Positions 1 to 12,700 of a stretch of 64,000 bases of DNA are shown here, in pieces. Position 1 is the first letter of the stretch, and every line of letters starts with the position of its first letter. Origin of the DNA: Octopus vulgaris. Lineage: Eukaryota. The stretch covers positions 109,182,001 to 109,246,000 of the forward strand of contig OX597816.1 in assembly GCA_951406725.2 (NCBI GenBank), read 5' to 3'. Position numbers and translations under genes: made by a program. The notes below the pieces were generated by a model. It ran no database searches, was not told the origin of the DNA, and saw nothing but the letters and a program-made list of their open reading frames with translations.

Positions 1-889
1 GCAGCCAATTTGAACGATCACTTAAAGACATGAAGCTGTGTGAGAAGTATTAAAATCTGTATAGGCATCAGTGGATTAGCTAGAACTGACATCTATTTAC
101 ATGAGTAGAGTAATAACACACTATCTCGAGACTGTCCATAATATCGAATAAATCACAATTACTAGATTTACTACGGATCTGGACAATTATCTAAATTAAT
201 GCTAGTTAATTCAGCGGAGAATTTGCTTCATCTAATTTCAGAGTGCTCTTCTGAGTGCAACGAAAAATATCTTTTAAAAGAACGACATCGATATAACGGA
301 TTCATTTATATATAATGATTCCATGAGGACACATATAACCGATGCACTCCGCGTACATTTACTGTCATTTGCACGTGCGGACTGTCATGGTTTAACGAAC
401 AGGTCCAGTTAACTTTACTACGTAGTTAGGTACACTCTACCTAGCTGTTGTCTTGTGAGGATAAAAAAATAGCTGTTTTTGAGGAGTACCTTCTAAGAAG
501 AGCCATTACTGAATGCAAAGCTTTCTAAAGTAGGGGAGCTTGTATGCAATCACTGAACTGGTTTGAAATAGCAGTCAAATGTTTTTCATATTATATTTAT
601 CATAAAAAGGACACATTAGATAACGAAGTCTTGATTATCAAAAAAAACAAAAAAAAACCCAACAAACAAACAATAAAAAAACAAATAAACAAAAATCAAT
701 AAATAAACTATGAAATGTTCAAGAATGGATCATCTGTGGTCATAGATCTACTTTTACAAGGTTATTTTGAACAACGGCCACAACAACAGCAACAATACTG
801 ACTAAAATGGTCAGGTACAGATCTCTGGACTACATAGTAGCTAATGCAGGCCTCCAGAGAACATCTGAACGCTGACTTTGGCTGTCAAC

Positions 890-1020
890 AGTTGTTGTTG
901 TTGTTGTTGTTGTTGTTGTTCTTCTTCTTCTTCTTCTTCTTCTTCTTCTTCTTCTTCTTCTTCTTCTTCTTCTTCTTCTTCTTCTTCTTCTTCTTCTTCT
1001 TCTTCTTCTTCTTCTTCTTC
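890..1020. repeat. Compound microsatellite (TTG)n(TTC)n
   Basis: Perfect trinucleotide runs; they explain the poly-E/Q and poly-L/F ORFs. Confidence 0.98.
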
Positions 1021-1399
1021 ATCTCTGTAGGGCAGCTCTGCTTGAACAGATCTATCAGGAAATGAATTCAAGCCCATGATCTCCCGTCTATTTAAGAGTA
1101 TGTATGACAACATTACATAATCTAACACACCTTTTTTTTTTCGTAAGACAGTCGGGGGGAGATTTGAGAGAAATTCGCTTGCTATGTCTAACAGGTTGAA
1201 TGATCAAACAGAAGTTCCCTCGCTGGTTGTTACCAGGAGGCAAATTTAGCAGTTATTACATGGTTTTTGCAAGAAGTGTTTAACTTCTGAAGATATTGAA
1301 GGCATTCGTTTGAGGCTAATGCAAAAACAACTGCCGTATTTCACCATCAGCTTTAAAAGAATATATCTGAACACAGAATAAATTATATAATAATAACAC

Positions 1400-1628
1400 C
1401 GTTTTGTCAACAAAAAATAAACCAAATCTGGTAGTATATAATTATGGAATTCTGGAACGGATGAATTCTAAGAAGGCATTTTGAACTGATGCTTAGTTGT
1501 TGAAGATCTTTTGCAAAAAGTTGCCGAGAGGCTAGTAAAAATTGTAGTTGATTGGCGTGAGGTGTGAAGATGTAAGGTGGCTTATGCAGAATTTCGTAGC
1601 CCAGTTCATTCAGTTTTTGTTGAGTCAC
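1400..1628 (-). mobile_element. Mariner transposase C-terminal remnant
   Basis: TQQKLNELGYEILHKPPY resembles mariner TxQKLxELGWEVLPHPPYSP; frameshifted. Confidence 0.7.
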
Positions 1629-1750
1629 TTATTGTCTATTCAAAACATTTGCTTAAACATTTTTTATTTGGTATCAAAATTTTCGTTGCACCAAATGTGA
1701 CCTGGTCACTGACATAGTTTCACTGCATCTAGTTTGTGAGGTTGTTGGTT

Positions 1751-1886
1751 GTGTGGCTGTGTGGTAAGAAGCTTGCTTCCCAGCCACAGGGTTCTGGGTT
1801 GAGACCCACTGCGTGGCACCTTGAGTATGTGTCTTCTACTATAGTGCCCGAGTCGACACGAAAACTGAAAGAAGCCAGTCGTGTGC

Positions 1887-1934
<48 letters not shown>

Positions 1935-1986
1935 GTGTGTGTGTGAGTCTGTGTTTGTCCACCACCACTGCTTAAAAACCGGTGTA
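1751..1986 (+). mobile_element. tRNA-derived SINE family A (internal TA/TG microsatellite), partial
   Basis: Head GTGGCTGTGTGGTAAG...GGTT; homologous to the full copy at 17656-18071. Confidence 0.85.
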
Positions 1987-2246
1987 CACACACGCACACA
2001 TATACACACATGTTTCAGAATTGTAAGGTGCTCGTTTGTTTTCATTTGTAGGTCAATGGTTCTGGTTGGATGTTCACAGTTGGTCAGTTAATTCCACATA
2101 ACCTCTCTTCTTTCTCGTCTTCTCTCTATATTTGGCATTGTATACTGTGTGATCCAGAAGACGATCCCAAGGAATTGAAACAACCAAAGCAGATGTGACA
2201 GTAGTCGTAGTAGTTGCAGTTGTAGTATTAGCAGCGGTTGTAGTTA

Positions 2247-2267
2247 TAGTAGTAGTAGTAGTAGTAG

Positions 2268-2333
<66 letters not shown>
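2247..2333. repeat. Head-to-head inverted microsatellite (TAG)n(TAC)n
   Basis: Repeat strand switches at GTAC 2267-2270. Confidence 0.95.
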
Positions 2334-2489
2334 CGCTGCCATTGCTACTGTCACATCTGCCTCTTTGGTAGCTTCATTTCCTTGAAATCATTTACTAACT
2401 CACAGTCTGCGATACCAAAAGCAGAGAGAAGGAAAGAAAGGAGGACTACACGAAAAAGCTCAGAAACTAAATGCATTAGAATTGTGTTA

Positions 2490-3600
2490 GTGAACCGGTT
2501 GTAATTGGTGCGACGGAAATTTTGACACCAAACGATAAATGTTTCGGTAAAGTTATGAGTCTTGGTATGGTTTTGAAAAGCTATTGTGTCTTCCACACTG
2601 AAATCCTTTTAGTTTTAACACATAGTCTCTGATCAAATCACTTGGGTGGCATGTATATCTCCGAAATTCAGTAGAGACATTTGGGGGATATGAGGTCGGG
2701 CGTTGTCATGGAGAAGAGCTGGTCCTTTTTGATTAACCGATGCTGGCCATGATGCTTACAGTTCTTGGAAGAGTTTGTCTAGTTCCTGGTAACACTTCTC
2801 TGTTGCTATCGTTTCGCAAAGATTCAAGAAACAATAGTGGATACTTGGTTGTTGGCAAGTGAAATCATCTAGTATATTTCTTTTGGTGAAGTTTCGGTTT
2901 ATGAAAATATTTTAGTGCTTCACAATGCTTTTTCCATTGCATGAAACACCATCAGTTGCTGTTCAAAATCTATTCTTCATCCTAAGTCACAGTATGATGA
3001 AAAAATTCATCGTTCATGCTGGCCATAAGAAATGTAGAGCAGAATTTGTAACGGCGACCGTTTGAATTTTCATTCAAATTGTGTCGGAGCTGTTTTGATT
3101 TTCCAGTGTGGTGCAAATGTCGAAACACTGCTGAATAATTAATGCATAATTCTTCTATTAACCTCTCGAATTGTTTTCGGTGATCCTGCTTCATTAATGA
3201 CTCTCCGTTGGACGTTGTTGATCGTAGAAAGTCATCTGCAATCTTTCTCAATTTTAAAGCTCTGGTTTCTACGAAGAAAAGTTTGAAACCATTGTTGAGC
3301 TATACGTTAGTTGGCAGTCCTGTGGCCAAATAATTGACATTGAGCGTAGTTTCCGCTGCTTTACGTTCCAGTTAGAATTCACCCAATAAAATTTCTCGAA
3401 TTTTCTTTTTTCCATTTTCAATTTGACAGCCTGAATTAAACAAGTATAAACAGCGGAAACTAAACCATTAACAGAAATCAAGAGACCGAAACTCGCATTT
3501 TAAAATGGATTAGTTTGAACATAGTTAAGTAAAAGTTTATTCCAAAATATGTATGAAAGTTTAAAATAGGAAAAAAAACTGCAATTATTTTTGCATCACC
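2490..3600 (-). mobile_element. Degenerate mariner element
   Basis: Minus strand gives GPALLHDNARPH near 2690-2725 and an HTH-like region in ORF 2982-3251; many frameshifts. Confidence 0.75.
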
Positions 3601-5374
3601 AGCGTAACGTGCTAAATAAATATAGAAAATCAGTGAGACAAGAAAAATAAAAAAAAGAAAAACAAAAATGTAGACGGCATAACTTTATATGGGACTGGAG
3701 AAGGAAATCTGCTATATTTACATCAATCATTACAACGAACATTGACAATTAGAGGATGAAGACGGCAGTGGTTCCTTCAAGTGTGTTTAATCGATCGAAC
3801 AGTGGAATTGATTGGATAAATTTTGCATCGGATGGTCGATTGAACTGATGTTTTAATTTGCTACAGGTTACAGCTCTTACTTCGTATATATTCTGATGAA
3901 ATGCATTAATCGAGTTATATTTGAATGACAGAAGAATTTATGAAATTTGTACCATTTAGAAAATGTGTACTGATGCATGTTATCGAACGAGAGAGATGGG
4001 AAAAGCATTAATGTGGCGGCGTTAAGTCTGCCAAGTCGGGCACTAATAAGGCACTAATTCCACTTTCTATCGCAAAATGATTTTCGTCTTAAATTTACCA
4101 TTTAGTATCAGCCATATAGACAACAAACATTTAGTCAGTTACTAGGGTTAAGCTTTTAACTATAAAATAATGACGCTACTGCCTTATATAATTACATAAA
4201 CATATACATCTCCTTTTCCATGATGCAACTCTACTTGATAGAAATCCTTTAAGGAGAACAAAACAATACTACACAACCTCCCGGCTTAATGTAATACCGA
4301 TCAGTTAATTAGCTGTATTTATCCTATCACAGGGAATGTTATAGTTTCATCTTTGAAAGCGTTGACAGAAAATAAATCCAAACTAGTGTAACTTTTAGTT
4401 TAGTATTTTCGGTTATAAGCAGCTTTAGATAGAACGTGTACCACCAATATCTAAATAACGTGGCGTAATTGTTACTAATAAAGAATAAAACGAAAGTGGC
4501 ATTGTATACATATAGACGCTTTAAGTTCAAATTCTGCCGGAGTTGACCTTGTCTTTTATCCTTTCGAAGCTGTCAAGTTTAAAAAGGTTTTACGTATCGA
4601 TAAGGACAATATTTCAACAGCGGAGAGGCGCTGGAGCCTGGCACTTATCACAGTGAGTTTATTGTTCCAATAGTTCTTTCACTATTACCATAATGACGAA
4701 TGGAATGATGTTGTTAAATACACTACAAACCAACACAGTTTTGGTTATATAACTTAGAGCAATATATTTTACTGCTCATTAGCTGTTACAAATGGCAAGT
4801 GGTGTATGTCAGCTAAGTTTTGTACTGTAATTTTTAAGTAAGACAAATTTAAAATACATTTTTCTTAATACTTAATCCCCCTTCCCAAACATATCTATAA
4901 ATTTTAGAAGAAAATATTGCAAGATAAGACAATAATAGCTATGAGCGCATTCTTCTCTGTTTTCCATCTCGATTAAAGAGACACCAAACGACCATAGAAT
5001 ATAATAGTTGAAATGTTATTCGTGGCATATAAGATAGTCTGTGGTTTCGGAGCAAACTTTTAAAGGTTCAAATTAAGTACAGTAAATGTATTTTTTGTAG
5101 CAAATCGAATAACAAATCAATAACTAAAGTTTGGATATAAGGTACAGTATTCGTGAGGTACATCCAGCTGCGTGTAAGATATTACATTCGCGTCGGCAGT
5201 GAATAATATTTGTAATGTAGATTTAAAATTGAACTCGCATTTGCTTTACGGGCTTGCTTTAACAGAGGAGGTGTATGATAAAAAGTGCCTCAACTGCGCC
5301 TATTCCATCTTTACATATACCGGGAGCTAGATTTTCCATTGTATTTTGCATTTAAGGATTGATATGGGGCTAAA

Positions 5375-5565
5375 CACTGTTGTTTAGCCAAATTCGGTCC
5401 TGATCAAGTTGACGCTCAAGGGCATTTAAATGTTGAATTTAGATTATTTTTTAAATAATACACTCTGGATTTCGTTATCAAAAAAGGTCCTTTCTTAAGA
5501 CGGTAGGCTATGGTTTGAATGAGATTTTGCATGAAGCAGGTTGAACGACCACTTTCAGGCACCTT
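5375..5565 (+). mobile_element. Old unclassified interspersed repeat (family E)
   Basis: Motif ...TTTGAGGGAGATTTG...GCAGGTTGAACGACCAC recurs in diverged form at many loci. Confidence 0.55.
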
Positions 5566-5833
5566 TTACTCACGAAATATATTAAAATTTAGCAGGTGGA
5601 TGAATGTGATCTCTCACAATCCTGAGGTGTGGCTACAGCCGCTGAACTCACATCATTAACACAATCGTGGAAGAGTAATAAAGGCTCCTTAATCTTCAGA
5701 GCGCACGCTCGATAGACAGCAGCAAATAAGGTCAGCTTTAACTAAACAGCTCCGGATCAGGTCCATTTGAGCAACTGTAAGATCACTTGCAATCCAGCCA
5801 TAACCATTGTGTCAATTTGCATGTCTACAACTA

Positions 5834-6395
5834 TTGGGTTGTCCGGAGAGTTCGTACCGATTTTTAAAGGAAAGAAAAAGGTCAATAAATACTTGCCATT
5901 ACATTTTTAATCAACCAAATATGAACTATTTTGTTGCACAATGCGTCTCCATCTTTCCTTTAACTTGAAAATACCCTCTTCCCAGAATTGAGGTGGTTTC
6001 ATGGCAAAGAATTCATCAAGGTATCTTTTTACGTCATCCAAAGAATTGAAATTTTTACCATTAAGACTATTCTGCAGAGCCCTGAATAAGTGGAAATCCG
6101 AAGGAGTAATATTTGGTGAATATGGAGGGTAGGGTAACACATCTCAGCAAACTGCAGCAATTTTTGTATGGTTCCCAAAGCATCAAGTGCCGAAAATGAA
6201 CATTCTTATCTTCCAGTTTAAAGGGTTACAAAATTACAGGTTATAGGAACATAAACCTTCTTCCACGAAAAGATAGCTTTAACTGTGCTCTAAATGGAGG
6301 TGTAGTCAAATCCTATTTTATGGACGCAACCATGTTCTAAAATAAGTCGAAAGGTAAGCTACTATAAATCGGCATGAACTTTCCTGACAACCCAA
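5834..6395 (-). mobile_element. Internally deleted mariner with TIRs and TA target duplication
   Basis: About 30-bp TIRs (TTGGGTTGTCCGGAGAGTTCGTACCGATTT and its inverse at 6366-6395), TA on both sides; ORF PYPPYSPNITPSDFHLFRALQNSL. Confidence 0.93.
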
Positions 6396-7396
6396 TACAT
6401 TTGTTCTCCATTTTAAAGCTGTAGTGTGTAATTGAGGAAGACTGGTTGTTATATCAAGCAGGCTGAGTGATCTTGTTTAGGCTATCGCGTCTCCTGCAGA
6501 TACTTTCTCGTTTGCTCTTAACGTCAGAGGTCAGATATTGATTTTTAGACAATAGTGTAGTGGTGACGAAGACGAATCGGTCATTCATTGTACAATATTC
6601 TTGTAACGATTGAAAATAAATTGCCAATAAAGTAGGAGCAATTACAGAGACGGTTAACCCGAAAAAACACGTTCCGTATTTATTTAACAAATGAACTACA
6701 ATTTCGTAATTAAATCCGTTTTAAGCGTCCTTCATTTATAACAAGATAGTCACGGATAACGATCTTAGTTGTTGAACCTTCGTTACGAACATGGAGACAA
6801 ATTTCCGGATAAATACGTGACTCGGCGTCATCTCATGTTTTTGCAGCAGTAAGAAAAGCACAAAAATAAAAGAGGAAGTGAAAACGTTAAGCAGAACACA
6901 CATGTTTCTGGATAAGACATCTGTACATCATGTATCATTTAGTATGCATACTTAGATGATGCTTGGGTACACATATAAATGCACATGTAAGTAGATGCAG
7001 CCATACATGCAAAAATACAAATTACATATGTAGGTAACAGGTATGCAAATGCATCACGTGATATTGTTTTGTATATACATGCACGCATATATACGTATGT
7101 ACCTACGTACATACATACGTACGTACACACATACATATGTACATATGAATGTATCATCCATACATGCCTGCATACATATATATGGTTAACAAATACAGAA
7201 ATACGTACAAGCATAATATTTTTGCATATATGCAAAACAGAGCACTATTCTGCAATGCATTTTCAGTACCTGATACTAAGCGTTTGGGATACTTGACTAA
7301 TGTATTGAAGAGATACGATCCATGGATATTAGAATATGTAAATCTAAATACCCTCTGGAAGCTTCCTCAGATGTAGTAATATTTTTAGGTTCTAAA

Positions 7397-7587
7397 GAAG
7401 GCGACGAGCATGTAGAAGCGTTAGCAGTTTGGGAAAAATGCTTAGCGGCATTTTTCCAACTTACGTTCTGAGTTCAAATGCTTTTTGTCGTTTCGGCGTC
7501 AATGAAATAAGTACCAGTTGAACACTGGTAATCGACTTCCTCCTTCTTCCGAAATTGCTGGCCTTGTGCCAAAATTTGAAACCAATA
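7397..7587 (+). mobile_element. SINE family D, tail type 1
   Basis: GAAGGCGACGAGC...GTTCTGAGTTCAAA...AAGTACCAGTT; homologous to 26344-26549 and 48161-48400. Confidence 0.8.
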
Positions 7588-7607
7588 TTTATAGGTCTCA
7601 GTGTTTG

Positions 7608-7675
7608 TTCCGCGAACCGGTCAGCCAAGCGGCGTCCCGTTTGACCAATATGTAGAGAAGGACAGAGAGAGCAGG

Positions 7676-7676
<1 letters not shown>
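7608..7676 (-). mobile_element. Short PLE GIY-YIG fragment
   Basis: Encodes SCSLCPSLHIGQTGRRLADRFAE; closely matches 11750-11820 and 32915-32985. Confidence 0.8.
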
Positions 7677-7716
<40 letters not shown>

Positions 7717-7744
7717 TATAATAATAATAATAATAATAATAATA

Positions 7745-8330
7745 TTGGAAGTGTTATCATGTACATTGTTTTGTCTTGGTATAAAAGATGGGCTACAGCA
7801 AATATTCTGCTCAATACCACAGATTTGCTTGTCAGTTGTTTAACCATAACCAGTTGAGCATGCCCCTTAGTGGCTGACGATATGTGCATCTCTGATCACG
7901 AGCAGAAGTAGTTGGGGAGCATCATAGCCATGTGTTGAGAGGGATTCTTTGAGGTTTGAATAATTCACCTCTGGAAACATGGGTGGTTCTTTCAACATCC
8001 TTAAACAACCCTTATTCAGGGACCGTTTGAGCGGGATGGGCTACTCAACCTGAAGAAAATTCTAACTGGGCCCCACCTGCAAGGTCATGCGCTGTTTATC
8101 TTGATATGAAATCACCATATAGTGCACATATGGTTGTGATGCATGTGCCTGGTGTACCCTTATCAGACGGGTAGTCATGATGGGTATATTGGGCTTCGTA
8201 TATTTTACCCCAGTGTCACTTTGATGGCATGAACTGCTCTCTCACTCAATAATAATAATAATAATGATAATAATAATAATAATGTGTCACTTTGGTGGTA
8301 TGCACTGCTCTCTCACTCAATGATAATAAT
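7745..8330 (+). mobile_element. 5'-truncated non-LTR retrotransposon 3' UTR in an (AAT)n tract (probably Dong/R4), plus a second ~40-bp copy
   Basis: Unique sequence flanked by (AAT)n; terminus CTGCTCTCTCACTC(AAT)n repeated at 8284-8330; clade is inferred. Confidence 0.6.
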
Positions 8331-8387
8331 AAACGACAAATCAAAAATTACGACTTTTATAAAGTCTATCACATTTGTTGAAGGAAA

Positions 8388-9760
8388 TTACGTAAGAGCT
8401 TCTTGGTAAACAACATTCTTTGTTTTCTGGTTTGGAGTATAGACAAGTAAATATTGCAAACTACCAACCCTAGAGCAACCAACATAAAGTTGACCAAGAG
8501 AAAAGCGTGGCTCAATTAAGTGCAAGCCAGTAGATTTCAAAGTTTGACCATGAGCTTTATTAATAGACATTGCAGAGCAAAGTCGCACTGGGAATTGTGT
8601 TCGTTTGAACACGAATGGCGTGTCATTTGGTTTGATTGGAATTCTTGAAATGAAAACCTCTTCCCCAGGGGCATATCCAGTGATAATGATAGCTTCTGTC
8701 ACATTAGGTGATAATGTCTTCTCTATCAACCTTGTCCCATTGCATAATTTAGGAGGATTAAATTTCTTAGAAGCATTATTGAGACTCCTACCCTCAGAAA
8801 AAGTTTATGTGGAGGAGTTCCAGGTAGCTCAAGAAAATTGAGGAACTCTGGTGGGTAATGGACAGCTTGATTTTCATCAAGAACTGAATCAACTGATTTG
8901 TACTCCTTAATGATTGTTGTTGTCTTATATATTAATTCATGGTTAATTCTTCCTACTGTCTCATTTTTTGGAGCAAGAATTGCCCTTTCATGTAACCATT
9001 TATGTGAATTATGACTAGCACCTAAATCTGAAAATACCCTGTTGTTCAGCTGGGGAATTCACCATGATAGCGATATGAGCCAAATTGATATCACCATTCC
9101 CATCAAATGGTACTTTCCCATTTCCTAATTGGAAGAGCAAAGTTGAAAGCTGTTTTTCGCGTTGATCCTCATGTTATAAAACTCGCATGTTTGTATTGAA
9201 GGAGAATTTCTGTACTTTATTCCACAGGTGTGAAAACTTAATGCATGCTTTTATTTCATTAGATCTTGTTCCTCTCGGAATGAGTAGTAATATCTGTCTG
9301 AAGTCTCCTGATGAAACTAATGTAACTCCTTCCATAGATTTATTGTTGCCTCTTATGTCGTTAAAGTCTTATCAAGAGCTTCCATTGCACCTCTATGTGA
9401 CATGGTGCATTCATCCCAAATGATCAGGTGGCGTTGGCGCAACACTTCTGTTGAACTTGAACCTTTGCTTACAAATTGGACTGTCGTATGTGACCAGGTT
9501 TAGCGGTAATTTAAAAGCAGCTTGTCTTTGTCTTGCATCCTTTAAACGTTTCTCTCTTTTCTCTTTTGACTCTTGGCTCCTGCAGATTGCATTTTGTTGA
9601 TGTAATTGTTCTAACCGTTCTTCTCGTACCTCTTGTGACTCATTGACTCTGCGTTCAGCAACTCACCTGCGGTCGTTTTCATGCCTTTGCTGTTGATGTG
9701 CAGGTGTCTCTCGTGACCTTACTCTGGCTATCTATACTCGTTTTTGCTTCACTGTAGAAT
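8388..9760 (-). mobile_element. Helitron RepHel pseudogene (Pif1 helicase, Rep domain deleted)
   Basis: Motifs TQFPVRLCSAMSINKAHGQTL, GQLYVGCSRV, TKNVVYQEAL, SGDFRQIL, TNMRV; R/E/Q-rich N-terminal segment at 9520-9760. Confidence 0.92.
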
Positions 9761-10146
9761 ACTGATCATCTACATCTACCCCGTCTTCCCTTGTAGAGTG
9801 TGAGAACATTTTTCTCGGAAACTTTTTTGAAAATTAAAACGGGGATTAAATAAAAAGAATGAGTGAATATCTTCAGAATAGTGATTAAAATAAATGGCAC
9901 ACACACACACACACAAACACACAAACACACACACATGCACATACATACAGTATCAAATATCAGCGTCTCTTTCTCTCTCGCTTGCTCCCTCTCTTTTTGC
10001 CGGATTTCTTTCATCTTCCCTATAGAACATACATACAGTATCAAACACCAGCGTCTCTCTCACCCACTATCCCTCTCTCTTTCAACTTCTTGTTCTATAC
10101 ACCATATTTTGCCTTTTTCTTCTAATATATAAGGAACAATTTCATT

Positions 10147-10172
10147 CCCGGGCAACGTCGGTTGCCTCTGCT

Positions 10173-10174
<2 letters not shown>
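10147..10174 (+). mobile_element. Helitron-type 3' terminus (hairpin plus CTAG before T)
   Basis: GGCAAC-GTCG-GTTGCC stem-loop, then TCTG-CTAG-T. Confidence 0.75.
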
Positions 10175-10218
<44 letters not shown>

Positions 10219-10241
10219 TGTATGTGTGTGTGTGAGTGTGT

Positions 10242-10540
10242 GAAGGCGTGTGGCTTTGTGGTTAGGGGTATTCAGCTCACGATTTAAGGTCGTGAGTTCG
10301 AATCCTTGCCGCACTTTGTACTCTTGAGCAAGACACTATATTTCACGTGGCTCAAGTCTATTCAGCTGGCAAAAATGAGTTGTATCTGTAATTCAAAAGG
10401 GTTAGCATGGTCACATTATGTGTCACGCTTAATCTCTCTGAAAACTACGTTAAGGGTATGAGTGTCTGTGGAGTGCTCAGCCACTTGCACGTTAATTTCA
10501 CGAGTAGGCTGGAACCCTCGTCGTTGTAATCGATGGAGTG
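10242..10540 (+). mobile_element. CORE-like tRNA SINE family B1
   Basis: A-box TGGCTTTGTGG, B-box GTTCGAATCC, CORE-like CTTGAGCAAGACACT...CAGCTG; homologous to 39427-39749. Confidence 0.85.
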
Positions 10541-10625
10541 TGACCTACCTACCTACCTACCTACCTACCTATCTACCTACCTATCTATACATATATATAT
10601 ATAGGTAGGTAGCTGTATATCTAGG

Positions 10626-10661
<36 letters not shown>

Positions 10662-10663
<2 letters not shown>

Positions 10664-10961
10664 AAGCGCAATGGCTCAGTGGTTAGGGCAGCGAACTCGC
10701 GGTTGTAGGATCGCGATTTCGATTCCCAGGCCGGGCGTTGTGAGTGTTTATTGAGCGAAAACACCTAAAACCTCCACGACGCTCCGGGAGTGGTGATCCC
10801 TGCTGTACTCTTTCACCACTCTTTCTCCCACTCTTTCTTCTGTTGGCCTGCTCGCTTAGTCAGCGGGGTGGCGTCATTCAAAGGCTAAAACAATGCCAAC
10901 GCATTGTGACCAGCGATGTGTAACAACATCTGATGGTCTGGTCGGTCACGTGATCACGTGA
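10662..10961 (+). mobile_element. tRNA SINE family C
   Basis: A-box TGGCTCAGTGG, B-box TTCGATTCC; head shared with 27312; ends in TCACGTGATCACGTGA. Confidence 0.85.
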
Positions 10962-11669
10962 TATATATATATATATTTACATACATGCTTGCATGCATAC
11001 GTACACGCATAACAACCTATTCACCAACCTACTTACCTACCCACCTACCAATCTATCGACATACCTACCCACCGCCTTCCTCTCAACCTACATCTGTACT
11101 TGCATGCATATTTACCTAGCTGCTTGCATACGTACGCGAACAATTATGTATGTAAGTATGCATGTATGTGTGTGTGTGTGCATGTATGTATGTGTGTGTA
11201 TGTGGATATGTATGTGTGCGTGTGTATGTATGTACCTATCAGCAAATAAGCTAACCATTAATCCGGCAAATATCTCCAAATGTGCTGAACGCTAACAATA
11301 TGTGCCTGCTCAAGTTCGGTGGTAGAACCAAGGCTGTATTGAATAAATAAAAATCGTTTAAGTTGTAAACAACCTTAAATTTAATCACAGCTAAAATCTC
11401 TTGAAACTTTTGAATACAACCATCGTCTAATTAAATTGCATAATTAAATATTAAGCACAAGGAAAACAAAATTATCGTGGACAACGCCTAAGCGTATGTA
11501 GTTTCAACGTATAATGCATAGTTTCAAACTATAATGTATACAGAGTTGCTTCCCGTTTAAAGTCTTCCCGTTTAAATTGACACAAATTTTATCTGAAAGA
11601 ACATCGGCGAATGCCTTGAAACACATCAAAGTGAACAAGAAGTAAAGTTCACAGACCTCTCCAACACCA

Positions 11670-11860
11670 CCCTCTTTACAGGCACCAATCACCGACCCTA
11701 TCATATCACTGACTCCTTCACCTGTACTTCTAGCAACGTCATCTACTACATCTCCTGCTCTCTCTGTCCTTCTCTATACATTGGTCAAACGGGTCGCCAC
11801 TTGGCTGACCGGTTCGCGGAAAACTTCCGAGACATCCGTCTCGGCAACGACACCCCGATC
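11670..11860 (+). mobile_element. PLE GIY-YIG endonuclease fragment
   Basis: HITDSFTCTSSNVIYYISCSLCPSLYIGQTGRHLADRFAE. Confidence 0.88.
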
Positions 11861-11864
11861 GTGT

Positions 11865-12700
11865 GGTGAAAGTTCACATAAGATATACGAGAAAGAGGTA
11901 TTAAGTATTGAAGTTTTAAGCAGATGAAAAGCATCTAGGTGTCTGTTTTGAAATTGAAAATGATTTTGTAGGATTTGTACTAGTTCCGAAAAAGGAGAGC
12001 TACTTAATTTAACTAAACAAACCTGGTAGCTTTGTATGTTTTTAGAATTTGTAAGCAGTAAGTAGTCAATGAGAGGCTTCAATATTTCTATGTTTGGTTG
12101 AAGAAAATTATTTTCTGTCTTGTATTCTCAATAACAAATGGATATTTGGAGGAAAAGACATTTGTCATTGTCCTATGTAATGTTGAAATTCTTAGTAGCT
12201 GAAATATATTTAGTCAAGTCCTCAACGTGCTTTTCAATAGGTTTTACAATGACAATAACATTGTTGAGATAGTTATGAGTTCCTTTGATATTTTCAGTAA
12301 TTATGCCAGTCACTATACTTTGAAAAGCGCTTACGACATTAGTCACACCAAAGGGCAAACTTGTAAGCTGGAATTAGAGTCCATCAATATGACTAAAAGT
12401 GTTATCTTTTATCGTTACGCTGTAGTGGATTCCGATGGTGTGACACTTACTAGTCCAATTTGCTACAGAATATATTGTGGGAAATAGAACATACGAGATT
12501 TTCAATATTAGGAAATGATTAGGTATTCAAAAAGCAGCAGTGATTTATCAGCTGTGAATAGTCAATAGTGATTTATCAACAGTGAACAGAGCGCTGATTG
12601 CCAGTTACCACTATCACTTACGTTCGCAATAGAGAGACTGAGGGTTCAAAAATACCATAATCCAAAATCATTTAACTTTTGTTTTCTTAACAGACAACAT
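11865..12700 (-). mobile_element. Gypsy/Ty3 LTR retrotransposon pol remnant (RT)
   Basis: MPFGVTNVVSAFQ...YLNNVIV matches Gypsy MPFGLxNAPxxFQ...YLDD; downstream PFSE...AFHLLK connection region. Confidence 0.75.

Noticed and set aside
841-1128. Poly-E/Q and poly-L/F ORFs
   Set aside because: Translations of the (TTG)n(TTC)n microsatellite.
10242-10735. tRNA genes at SINE heads
   Set aside because: A/B boxes are present but run into SINE bodies with no clean cloverleaf or terminator.
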